Shown piece after piece: positions 55,783-64,000 of a DNA stretch of 64,000 nt. Under the pieces are notes generated by a model. The model saw only the letters and a list, made by a program, of their open reading frames with translations. It did no database searches and had not been told where the DNA came from. The stretch covers positions 21,335 to 85,334 of the forward strand of contig CALNZC010000046.1 of NCBI GenBank assembly GCA_942490895.1, read 5' to 3'. How positions within the stretch are numbered: the first letter of the stretch is position 1; every line of letters begins with the position of its first letter. Position numbers and translations under genes: made by a program. The DNA is from an uncultured Saprospiraceae bacterium (GTDB taxonomy: Bacteria > Bacteroidota > Bacteroidia > Chitinophagales > Saprospiraceae).

Positions 55783-58700
55783 TATGACGGGATCAGGGCG
55801 TCAAAAAGGCGAATGGTAAAGACAATCACAGCAATAAAGGTGACAACCAAGACCACAGCAAAGAACAGCCACAGCCAGATATAGGTCTTTCGACCTTCGA
55901 TGGCCGGCTCGATTGAACGGGGATCAGGTCTCACACCCTCCCATTGCATGACCACCCACAACTTGACCCTGTTGATCATCATCAACAATGCAGGCAAAAG
56001 TGTCAGGGTCAGAAATGTCACCAGGATCAATCCAAAAGCGACAGAAACGGCCATGGGGATCAGGAACTTGGCCTGGAAACTCTTCTCCAGCAACAAAGGC
56101 CCCAATCCGGCTACTGTGGTTAGAGATGTCAGAAGGATGGGTCTGAATCTGGAAAGAGCGGCGGTATAGATGGCCCGCATTACTCTGTTCCCCTTCCGAA
56201 TAAGGTCGTTGTACATGGTGATCAGGACCAGCCCATCATTGACTTGTATGCCGACCAAGGCGAGAATTCCGAGAAAGGAAAACAAACTGATGGGCAAATC
56301 CATAACCCAATGTCCAAGTCCGACTCCAGCCAATCCAAAGGGGATCAATGAGAAGACAGCCAGGGTTTGTCCGATAGACCGAAACGTGACTGCAACCGTG
56401 AAAAACATCAATATCAACATCACTGGCAGAACCACTTTGGCCGATCGGGCCGTCTTCATTTGCTCCCGATTCTGACCTTCAAAAGAAGCACTGACGGTTG
56501 GATAGTTGGCCAGAATTTTAGGAACAATACTGGTTCGGATAGATTCATTCAGATCTGTCACAGAAACATTATCCTGTGCAACATCCGCTTCGAGTTTGAT
56601 TTCGCGTTGCCCATCCAGGTGGTAGATCGCGATTGTCCCTCGTTTGATCTCCAGATCAACGATCTCTTTCAATGGGAAGGCTCGGCCATCCGCGAATCGG
56701 ATGCGCATTTCCTCGAGTCGACTCAGATCATCTCTGTCCTGTTCGCCATAGCGAACCCACACACGCACCTCGTCCTCACCGCGCTGCAGGCGCTGCACCT
56801 CCACTCCATAAAAGCCCTGACGAACCTGGACAATCACATCTTGAAGGTTTAGACCCAGACCTTTAGCCTTTTCTTTCAAGGTTAAATGGATCTCACGCAG
56901 ACCCTCCTGGTTATTATTGGTCACATCACGCAGTTCAGCAAGCGATTCCAATTCTTGTTGCAGATCAGACACTGCTGAGCGAAGAGATGTAAAATCATTT
57001 CCAAGGAGGGAAACCGAGATCGGTTTTCCAAAAGGTGTTGGCTGACCGAAGGTCAGGACTTCTGCCTCATGGATTTGTCCAACCGCCTCACGGATGGCAT
57101 TGGTGATTACTGTGGCGGTAAGTGAGTCCCTGATCTCCCCATCCAGTAGCGAAATATCCAGGCTCCCCTGATAGGTGGTCGGACCCACTTTAAGTTCGAT
57201 ATGGTTGATCGGGCGATTTTCCCCACGAAAGTAGGTGTCCTCAAAACGAGTATTGACATCTTCGGCTGCAATCTGGATTCGATGCAGAATTTCTCGGGTT
57301 ACCTGTTCTCGGGTTCCTGCCGGCATTTTGAGGGTCACACTGATATTGTCCCTCGGGATTACAGGGAAGAATGTCGTCTTGACCAAGCCTCCTCGGATCA
57401 TACCGATCGTCAGCAAAAGGAGGACAGTGTAGATGATGAGGGTGCTTGCTGGATATCGAAGAGAGAAACGAAGAAAGGGGGCATACAATCGGCTTCGCAA
57501 CCACAACATCAATCCTTCAAACGTCCTTTGTACCTTATTCTTTTTCTGATTCGGAGTCAAAGCTGCTGAATGGGCCACGTGCCCGGGAAGGATGAAGATC
57601 CCTTCCACCAGACTGAAAAACAGAGAGAGAATAACTACAACGCCCAGGACTGTAAAAATATCTCCGATGCGGCCATCCAAAAATGCGAACGAAGAGAATG
57701 CAATGATCGTCGTCAAGACGGAGGTGAAAACAGCTGGAATAACCTTGAGTGATCCTTCAATTGCCGCCTTATATCGAGGCACCCCACGTTCATACAACTG
57801 ATAGATATTCTCAGCAATAACAATCCCGTCGTCGACCAGGATACCCACTACGACGATCATTCCAAAAAGGGAGATCACATTGATGGTAATGTCCATTAAA
57901 TAGGCCACCAGAAACATTCCGGCAAACGAAATAGGTATGGACAGGGCGACCCAGAAAGCCAGACGCCAGTTCAGAAACATGGACAAAAAGCCCAGGACCA
58001 GGATAAAACCGATCATCCCGTTATTGGCCAATAAATCTATCCGCTGTTGTAAAACAACGGAGCCATCTCTGATAATATCTGCGTGGACCAGCGTCTGCTG
58101 ATCATTAAAGGATTGGATGTATGCCCTTACCTTTTCAGAAATATCTAATATGTCTTCATCCAGGGTATTGGACACCGTAACCACCACACTGGACCTGTCG
58201 TTGATCCAGCTCCGATCCGGGTTGTCAGACCATTTGTCCTGGATATCCGCGATCTGATACAATCGGATGATATTCCCTTCGTCGGTGACTTTAATGGGGA
58301 TATCCCGCAATTCATCCGCGTAGTAACGTTTGTTTCGAGCCCGGATCAGCAGCTCTTCCTGTTCGCCTTTGAGTGTACCCCCTGTCAATTCCAGGTTGCT
58401 GCCGCGGATGGATCGTTCGGCATCAATAAAGGTCAAATCATAGGCCAGGAGGTCTTTCTCCCGAAAGGCAATCTCGATCTCCTCATCAGGAAAACCGTTG
58501 AGCGTGACTTTGGAAATCCCATCGATAGCCAAAAGGTCGGATTCTGCCTGACGACCAAATTGTTTGAGTGTCCGCAGATCGACATTGCCGTTGATGGCAA
58601 AATTGATGGCAAAACCCAAATTCTCCTGACGAAAGACCACGGCAGGCTCCATACCCGCAGGAAAGGATGGAATGCGATCTACCGCATTGCGCACATCATC

Positions 58701-59018
58701 CAATACCTTCTCCGGATCAGACCCCTGCAATGCTTCCACAGTGATCACTCCACTATTCTCTGTACTCACAGAGGAGACACGATCGATGCCGGAAACGCCT
58801 TTAAGGTTTTCTTCAATCTTCAGGACGATGCCTTCTTCGACCTCTTCCGGAGAGGCCCCCGGGTATATCGTCTGGATGGTGATAATGCGTGATTCCACTT
58901 CCGGGAAGAAGGTGGATTTGAGGTTGGTCAATCCAAATGCACCCGCCAACAAGAAAAGGACCATGAGCGGATCACCTGCAATGGGAAAGCGAATGAAAAA
59001 GCGAACAAGTGCATGCAT
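55782..59018 (-). CDS. RND efflux transporter permease (AcrB/CzcA superfamily)
   Basis: 1078 aa. N-terminal FFIRFPIAG..LMVLFLLAG, PEVE..IITIQT.YPGASPEEVE, 12 TM layout, and VGILVDDGIVIAENI. Confidence 0.93.
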   Translation of the reverse strand: MHALVRFFIRFPIAGDPLMVLFLLAGAFGLTNLKSTFFPEVESRIITIQTIYPGASPEEVEEGIVLKIEENLKGVSGIDRVSSVSTENSGVITVEALQGSDPEKVLDDVRNAVDRIPSFPAGMEPAVVFRQENLGFAINFAINGNVDLRTLKQFGRQAESDLLAIDGISKVTLNGFPDEEIEIAFREKDLLAYDLTFIDAERSIRGSNLELTGGTLKGEQEELLIRARNKRYYADELRDIPIKVTDEGNIIRLYQIADIQDKWSDNPDRSWINDRSSVVVTVSNTLDEDILDISEKVRAYIQSFNDQQTLVHADIIRDGSVVLQQRIDLLANNGMIGFILVLGFLSMFLNWRLAFWVALSIPISFAGMFLVAYLMDITINVISLFGMIVVVGILVDDGIVIAENIYQLYERGVPRYKAAIEGSLKVIPAVFTSVLTTIIAFSSFAFLDGRIGDIFTVLGVVVILSLFFSLVEGIFILPGHVAHSAALTPNQKKNKVQRTFEGLMLWLRSRLYAPFLRFSLRYPASTLIIYTVLLLLTIGMIRGGLVKTTFFPVIPRDNISVTLKMPAGTREQVTREILHRIQIAAEDVNTRFEDTYFRGENRPINHIELKVGPTTYQGSLDISLLDGEIRDSLTATVITNAIREAVGQIHEAEVLTFGQPTPFGKPISVSLLGNDFTSLRSAVSDLQQELESLAELRDVTNNNQEGLREIHLTLKEKAKGLGLNLQDVIVQVRQGFYGVEVQRLQRGEDEVRVWVRYGEQDRDDLSRLEEMRIRFADGRAFPLKEIVDLEIKRGTIAIYHLDGQREIKLEADVAQDNVSVTDLNESIRTSIVPKILANYPTVSASFEGQNREQMKTARSAKVVLPVMLILMFFTVAVTFRSIGQTLAVFSLIPFGLAGVGLGHWVMDLPISLFSFLGILALVGIQVNDGLVLITMYNDLIRKGNRVMRAIYTAALSRFRPILLTSLTTVAGLGPLLLEKSFQAKFLIPMAVSVAFGLILVTFLTLTLLPALLMMINRVKLWVVMQWEGVRPDPRSIEPAIEGRKTYIWLWLFFAVVLVVTFIAVIVFTIRLFDALIPS

Positions 59019-59029
59019 GAGAATGGCGC

Positions 59030-60154
59030 TTATTCAATGATCCAATTCACCTGCTGACCTTCTGTCATGCCCGGTTTATAATTTCGAACTACCAGGGTGC
59101 CATCAGTCAGGCCCTTGACAATCGCATTCGTGCGGCCAGTCCTGACCACATCAATGGGGACTTTAACCAGACTGCTATCCTGGACTTGCCAGACTTCCCG
59201 ACCATTGACCAACAATTCCTTTGGCAGAGTGGCCACCTCCTCAGATACTCGTCCTTCAATCTCTCCAGAAAGGAACATCCCTTCTTTGAGACCCTGCCCG
59301 ACTATTTCAATGTAGATCGGAATCATCTGGGTTGAAGCATCCACCTGGTCTCCGATCCGACGAACCATACCTGAATAAGTGCGGCTATTATCCTCACTGC
59401 GAAGAGCCACTTTTTGACCGATATGCAGAAAATCCAAATCTCCGATTGATGCTGAAGACTCCAGTTCATATGCCCCCGATCGAAGGAATTGCCCAATCCG
59501 TTGACCAGGTCGTACCAGCGTACCCCGATGTACTTCTACGGACGTCAATATTCCATCGAATGGAGCAACCAAACGGTACTTGCGCAATCGTTCCTCCGCA
59601 CTGCGAATGCTATAGTATTGCGTCTGAATACCCCTGCTAGCTAAAAAGAGCTTCTCTCGGTCTGAAGTAGAAGTGGGTAGATCCATCACTTGCTTCTCCG
59701 GGTCCAGTAGTTCTACATAGGATCGCCATGCGGGAAACCTGTCTGGAAATTCGATCTTGATATCCGGTAATACTTGGGCTAGAAGCGTCAATAAGGCCGC
59801 CCTTTGCCCCTGGAGGCCCAGAAGTGCTTCCCGATCATCCATCCGGATCAGAACCTCGTCCTTTTGAAATCGAACACCTTCTTTGAGGGGTTTTGCCCCT
59901 TGCAAAGCCAGGCCATTCACTTCTGAGAAAAGGTCAATCCGATCATAGGCAACCAATCTCCCTTGCAAGGGGATCGGTACACTGGCCGGCCCGTTTTTGA
60001 CCATCATCGTCCGGACTGTCAACCGGGCGCTGATGGTTTTGACTTTACGTTGTGGTTCGGTCTTTTGTCGGCTCAGGATCTGAAATCCGATAACACCTCC
60101 TATAAACAATACAGCGGTCAGAAGGATAACGACTCTTCGCCAGGGTTGATTCAT
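59030..60154 (-). CDS. RND efflux periplasmic adaptor (MFP/HlyD family)
   Basis: N-terminal TM segment, then lipoyl, barrel-sandwich and coiled-coil pattern (GRLVAYDRIDLFSEVNG..., LVAPFDGILTSVEVHRGTLVRPGQ). Confidence 0.88.
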   Translation of the reverse strand: MNQPWRRVVILLTAVLFIGGVIGFQILSRQKTEPQRKVKTISARLTVRTMMVKNGPASVPIPLQGRLVAYDRIDLFSEVNGLALQGAKPLKEGVRFQKDEVLIRMDDREALLGLQGQRAALLTLLAQVLPDIKIEFPDRFPAWRSYVELLDPEKQVMDLPTSTSDREKLFLASRGIQTQYYSIRSAEERLRKYRLVAPFDGILTSVEVHRGTLVRPGQRIGQFLRSGAYELESSASIGDLDFLHIGQKVALRSEDNSRTYSGMVRRIGDQVDASTQMIPIYIEIVGQGLKEGMFLSGEIEGRVSEEVATLPKELLVNGREVWQVQDSSLVKVPIDVVRTGRTNAIVKGLTDGTLVVRNYKPGMTEGQQVNWIIE

Positions 60155-60741
60155 GCTCTCGCTTTAAATGTCAATCGCAAGGTAAAACTCAAGGAAGAAG
60201 GAGAAGGTTGTCGCAAACGGAATCCCATCCTCATATTCATGGCACTTTGTGTAAGCAAGGGTTTGAAATCAGCCAGTGTCCCTACCAGAACCACTCTTGT
60301 TCCCGTGTTTAAAGGCACACTCGGCGTATAGAAGCATTCCAATCGGTTCTGGCCATCCAGTATTTCGACAAAGATCTCTTGAAAATAAGACATATCCACC
60401 GGTGCCAACACCACCTCCAACTGGCCGTCATAGGGTTCAATTCGGGCGATATCCGCATTGGTCAGACCGTGATCGGCCAGAATGGATTCGATATGGGTGG
60501 GCACTTTATCAAATTCCACAAAGTGCGTCTGCACGGTGTTCAAAGCAGCTGGCATGTCCACATTGAACACATAGACCATGTCAAAAAGAGTGAGGGCCTC
60601 ATCCTTTTTACATCCGGAATTTCCACCTAATAACAGGGCGGAAAGCAGCAATAAAGCAAAGGGTACTTTTATTAACCTCCGAAATAGGCCAATACTAGAG
60701 AAAAGCAAGCGAGACAAGGCATTTCGAAAGAGCATAGCCAT
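60151..60741 (-). CDS. Hypothetical lipoprotein, first gene of the RND operon
   Basis: Signal ...FALLLLSALLLGGNSGC. No recognisable domain. ATGA overlap with the adaptor gene. Confidence 0.5.
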   Translation of the reverse strand: MAMLFRNALSRLLFSSIGLFRRLIKVPFALLLLSALLLGGNSGCKKDEALTLFDMVYVFNVDMPAALNTVQTHFVEFDKVPTHIESILADHGLTNADIARIEPYDGQLEVVLAPVDMSYFQEIFVEILDGQNRLECFYTPSVPLNTGTRVVLVGTLADFKPLLTQSAMNMRMGFRLRQPSPSSLSFTLRLTFKARA

Positions 60742-60793
60742 AGTTAAGTGATTGAGAAATAATCCCGAGGACTCGGGATATTGCGAAGGCTTT

Positions 60794-60833
60794 ATTGGCC
60801 AAAATCCGCCAGCTGGCGGATTGGTTGGCCAAT
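60794..60833. promoter_or_regulatory. 40-nt near-perfect palindrome between the MerR-type regulator and the RND operon (operator or terminator)
   Basis: ATTGGCCAA-AATCCGCCAG|CTGGCGGATT-GG-TTGGCCAAT, with a 20-nt perfect core and a 2-nt bulge. A second hairpin, ATCCCGAG-GA-CTCGGGAT, lies at 60762-60779. Confidence 0.35.
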
Positions 60834-60894
60834 GAGTGGGGCTGATAGAGGTGCCCTAAAGCGAAATGCGGGTTGACCCATTGTAGTATGTGGT

Positions 60895-61806
60895 TTACTG
60901 GATATCCGTCGAGATCAGTTCAGGCTGATCAATCTCCTGGAGAACGCTCAATATGTCTTCCAGATTTTTCATCACTCGAACACTGGAACTTGTTGCTATA
61001 CCCTGGACCAAAACCTGATATCCGGTAATCAGCACTTTTATTCCAGAACAAACCTTCTTCAGATCCTCCAGATACTGGTGAACACTCTGACGGGTAAATG
61101 CCTCTGAGATGATCGTAACAACATAATTTGTCTTATAGATCTTACAGGCTTCAGCCAGATCGGCAAGGCTGGTATTTTGTCCCAGATAAAGCACCTTGTG
61201 CCCCCGATTACGGACCAGGTACTGCAAAAAGAGGAGGCTCAATTCCTGGGATTCCCCTTCGGGCAAATAGAGAATAAAGGACTGGTCTGCATGATGTGCA
61301 AAGGGAATCTCATCCAGGGCAGAGATGAGTTTCTGACGGACCAGGTTGGAGATAAAACTCTCCTGGACTGCATGAATCGAACCGGTCAACCAGAGCAGTG
61401 AAAGTTTGTCCAAAAAAGGATAGATCACTTCCAACATCGTTCGTTCAAAACCGATCGCTCGGATATTGGAGGACAGAATGGTCTCAAACTTGCCCTCATC
61501 CAGCTCCATCATGGAGATGGTCAAAGCATCCACCTGCACTGTATCCTCGAAGGTGCCGCTGGCCAGCTGATTCACTTCAGCTTTGATCTCCTCCTCATTC
61601 ATGGAAGCGATTCGAGAGATCTTGAAGCCATTCCGATTGAGGATGGAAATATTCAGCAGTTGACGCAGGTCCCGGTCTTCGTAGTATCGGATATTTGTGG
61701 GTGTCCGCTTGGGGTGGATGATATTATAGCGTTGCTCCCATATCCGAATGGTATGGGCCTTAATGCCGGATAACATCTCCAGATCCTTGATTGAATAGAC
61801 AGCCAC
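60895..61806 (-). CDS. MerR-family regulator with a C-terminal B12-binding-like domain (CarH/LitR-like, degenerate cofactor motifs)
   Basis: GTG start. HTH YSIKDLEMLSGIKAHTIRIWEQRYNII.P.RTPTNIRYY. The C-terminal LWLTGSIHAVQESFISNLVRQKL and YLPEGESQELSLLFLQYLVRNRGHKVLYLGQNTS align with the CarH Wx9EH and ExHxxG regions. Confidence 0.8.
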   Translation of the reverse strand: MAVYSIKDLEMLSGIKAHTIRIWEQRYNIIHPKRTPTNIRYYEDRDLRQLLNISILNRNGFKISRIASMNEEEIKAEVNQLASGTFEDTVQVDALTISMMELDEGKFETILSSNIRAIGFERTMLEVIYPFLDKLSLLWLTGSIHAVQESFISNLVRQKLISALDEIPFAHHADQSFILYLPEGESQELSLLFLQYLVRNRGHKVLYLGQNTSLADLAEACKIYKTNYVVTIISEAFTRQSVHQYLEDLKKVCSGIKVLITGYQVLVQGIATSSSVRVMKNLEDILSVLQEIDQPELISTDIQ

Positions 61807-61926
61807 AAAGTTCGTTTGGTGAGAAAAAGAAACATCCAGACAGGAAAAATGGTTCTCGAAGGAGTCCTCCTAATCCAGAAGTCCACCGGAATCAAATCCG
61901 TAGTTTCACCCCTTCAATTCAAAAGA

Positions 61927-64000
61927 ATGCGGCAAAGTCTACTCCTTTTCCTGACGAGTATCTTCTTGATCCAACTCGTTCATGCCCAAAATACAACCTT
62001 TCCGGTACAGGGAATCCCTGATCCACGCCTGGATTGGTATGCATTTACCCATGCCAATATCCATGTTAACGGTAGCCAGACCTTACGTGATGCTACCCTG
62101 GTGATCCGAAAAGGAAGAATCACGGCTCTTGGTATTGATGTCCAGCCTCCTGCCGGAGCAGTCATCGTCGATCTCCAGGGCAGATCGATCTACCCCGGGT
62201 TTATCGATCTCTCCTCGGATTATGGTTTGACCAAGGCAGAAGAAAAGGGACGCTCTGAGCGGGGTTCCCGTCGCGATCGCGATCAGTGGATCTCTGAACG
62301 CCCCGGTGCCTATGCCTGGAATGAAGCCCTCAAATGCGACTATAATGCAGGCGCAGCCTTCCAACCCGATCCAAAACGAGGAGAGGACTATCGCAAGGCC
62401 GGGTTTTCCTGGGTGCTCACTCACCAGCATGATGGCTTGTCCAGGGGTACATCTGCATTGGTCAACCTGATTGATGGAGAGGCCGGCCAGGCCCTCATCC
62501 GCGAACAGGTCGGACACCATATGTCCTTTAAGAAAGGAACTTCGCCAATGCCCTATCCGGGGTCACTTATGGGTTGTATCGCCCTTCTGCGGCAAACCTA
62601 TCTGGATGGCGACTGGCTGAAGCGTACAGGAGCTGTTGAAGAACGAAATCTGACCCTGCAAGCCTGGAACAAAGCCCAGGAACTCCCTCAATTCTTTGAA
62701 GTTCGCGACTGGCAAGAAGTGCTGCGAGCACAAAAAATTGCCCGGGAATTTGATAAAACCTACATCTACCGCGGTTCTGGAGATGAATATCGTCGCATCG
62801 ATGAATTGAAACGCATCGGGGCGTCCTTTATCCTCCCGCTTACCTTTCCGGAAGCTTACCAGATTGATGACCCCTATGATGCACTGCAAGTGTCACTGGA
62901 AGATATGATGCATTGGGAATGGGCACCAGCCAACCCCGGAGCACTATCTCGGGCAGGAATCCCGTTTGCCTTCACCATGGAAGGCCTGAAGAAGCCTGAA
63001 GAGTTTTTCACTGCTATTCGCAAAGCCATCGCCAACGGACTCGACCAGGACCAGGCCCTGGAAGCCTTAACCCGGGTGCCCGCCCGGATGATCGGCATGA
63101 GCAGTGAGCTGGGAACCGTAGAAGTCGGGAAAAGAGCTTCTTTCCTCATTACTTCTGGGCCCATTTTTGAAGAAGGTACCATCCTTTTTGAAAACTGGGT
63201 CGATGGGAAACCTTATGTGCTTCAAGCTGCTGATGAACCCGATCTCGATGGCAAATATGAGCTCATAGTAGGCTCTACTTCCTATCGGATTGAAGTGCGT
63301 GGAGGAGAGAAAAAGAACAACTTCCAACTATTCCTGAATGATACCACCAAGGTGGATGTAAAAGGCAAATGGGACCGGGGACGTATGGACCTCCAATTCC
63401 AGCTGTCCGATTCTTCAGGCACCTGGCTGCTCAGTGGATATCAGCAGGACAAGGTGTGGAACGGTCGGGGTACCGACGAAAATGGCGATTGGATTTCCTG
63501 GCGAGCGGTTTACCAGGACACCACCCAAAGCAAGACCAAACCGGAAAAGGCGGATCAGCCCTTTGACCTCAGCAGCCTCAGCCCCATCCGATATCCCTTC
63601 CTGCCCTATGGCTGGACAGAACAACCGCAACAAGAGACCTTTCTGATCAAAAATGCCACCATCTGGACCAATACCGAGGAGGGTATTCTCCGTGGATCAG
63701 ATATTTTGATCCGGGACGGAAAAGTAAAAAAGATAGGTCAAAACCTGAACGTTCCGAGTGCACAGATCCTGGACGTAAACGGCCAACATGTCACACCAGG
63801 CATGATCGATGAGCATTCGCATATCGCCATTTCTCGAGGTGTGAACGAGTGTACCCAGGAGAATACAGCCGAGGTGCGTATTGGAGATGTCGTGAACAGT
63901 GAGGACGTGAATATTTACCGGCAGTTGGCCAGTGGCGTGACCACTTCGCAACTGCTGCATGGCTCCTGCAATCCGGTGGGAGGGCAAAGTGCCATCATCA
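61927..64000 (+). CDS. Large secreted amidohydrolase-family protein (two-domain type); 3' end runs off the window
   Basis: Absent from the ORF track because it has no stop in the window. Manual translation: MRQSLLLFLTSIFLIQLVHAQ... IRKGRITALG...GRSIYPGFIDLSSDYG ... second domain ILIRDGKVKKIG...VNGQHVTPGMIDEHSHIAISRGVNE. The frame is open from 61927 to 64000. Confidence 0.8.
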   Translation, partial: MRQSLLLFLTSIFLIQLVHAQNTTFPVQGIPDPRLDWYAFTHANIHVNGSQTLRDATLVIRKGRITALGIDVQPPAGAVIVDLQGRSIYPGFIDLSSDYGLTKAEEKGRSERGSRRDRDQWISERPGAYAWNEALKCDYNAGAAFQPDPKRGEDYRKAGFSWVLTHQHDGLSRGTSALVNLIDGEAGQALIREQVGHHMSFKKGTSPMPYPGSLMGCIALLRQTYLDGDWLKRTGAVEERNLTLQAWNKAQELPQFFEVRDWQEVLRAQKIAREFDKTYIYRGSGDEYRRIDELKRIGASFILPLTFPEAYQIDDPYDALQVSLEDMMHWEWAPANPGALSRAGIPFAFTMEGLKKPEEFFTAIRKAIANGLDQDQALEALTRVPARMIGMSSELGTVEVGKRASFLITSGPIFEEGTILFENWVDGKPYVLQAADEPDLDGKYELIVGSTSYRIEVRGGEKKNNFQLFLNDTTKVDVKGKWDRGRMDLQFQLSDSSGTWLLSGYQQDKVWNGRGTDENGDWISWRAVYQDTTQSKTKPEKADQPFDLSSLSPIRYPFLPYGWTEQPQQETFLIKNATIWTNTEEGILRGSDILIRDGKVKKIGQNLNVPSAQILDVNGQHVTPGMIDEHSHIAISRGVNECTQENTAEVRIGDVVNSEDVNIYRQLASGVTTSQLLHGSCNPVGGQSAII

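Overview
This window looks like a composite of three blocks. Block 1 (1-7.18 kb) is proteobacterial and alpha-like. It holds a glnB-glnA operon with a sigma54 promoter, three small hypothetical genes, a periplasmic sensor-like protein next to a CHASE3/HAMP chemoreceptor, a class I/II aminotransferase, and tRNA-His with its terminator. Block 2 (7.19-10.6 kb) is made of decayed genes: two frameshifted genes, a truncated and frameshifted beta-hydroxyacid dehydrogenase fragment, and a degraded IS3-family element. It ends against the terminator of a convergent tRNA-Ser. Block 3 (10.65-64 kb) is Bacteroidota chromosome, supported by T9SS C-terminal sorting domains, SprB repeats, hemD-DUF4271 synteny, a fused E1 dehydrogenase and IcmF. 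It carries mostly housekeeping genes: rsmI, icmF, hemD, uvrA, prfA, rluB, a two-component pair, an ECF sigma factor, an RND efflux operon and a partial amidohydrolase. I see no CRISPR array, rRNA gene or recognisable defence operon. The most unusual content is non-coding. A single Y1/HUH (RAYT-like) transposase gene abuts a 1.65 kb tandem array of about 355-nt units. Each unit is a nested inverted repeat built from two CCCCTACGGGG-type REP modules with conserved spacing and an exchangeable core. A solo element with the same architecture lies at 33.3 kb, and several other hairpin-repeat families fill the long intergenic regions. Other points of interest are the phylum-level discontinuity after tRNA-His, an RluB with a roughly 500-aa histone-H1-like plus R/D-repeat extension, a CarH/LitR-like MerR regulator lacking both signature histidines, a G9 tract plus 5' frameshift at a secreted metzincin gene, and a cluster of four covarying GTGAGACAC hairpins. 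All calls come from reading the sequence and ORF translations by eye. No database search was run.
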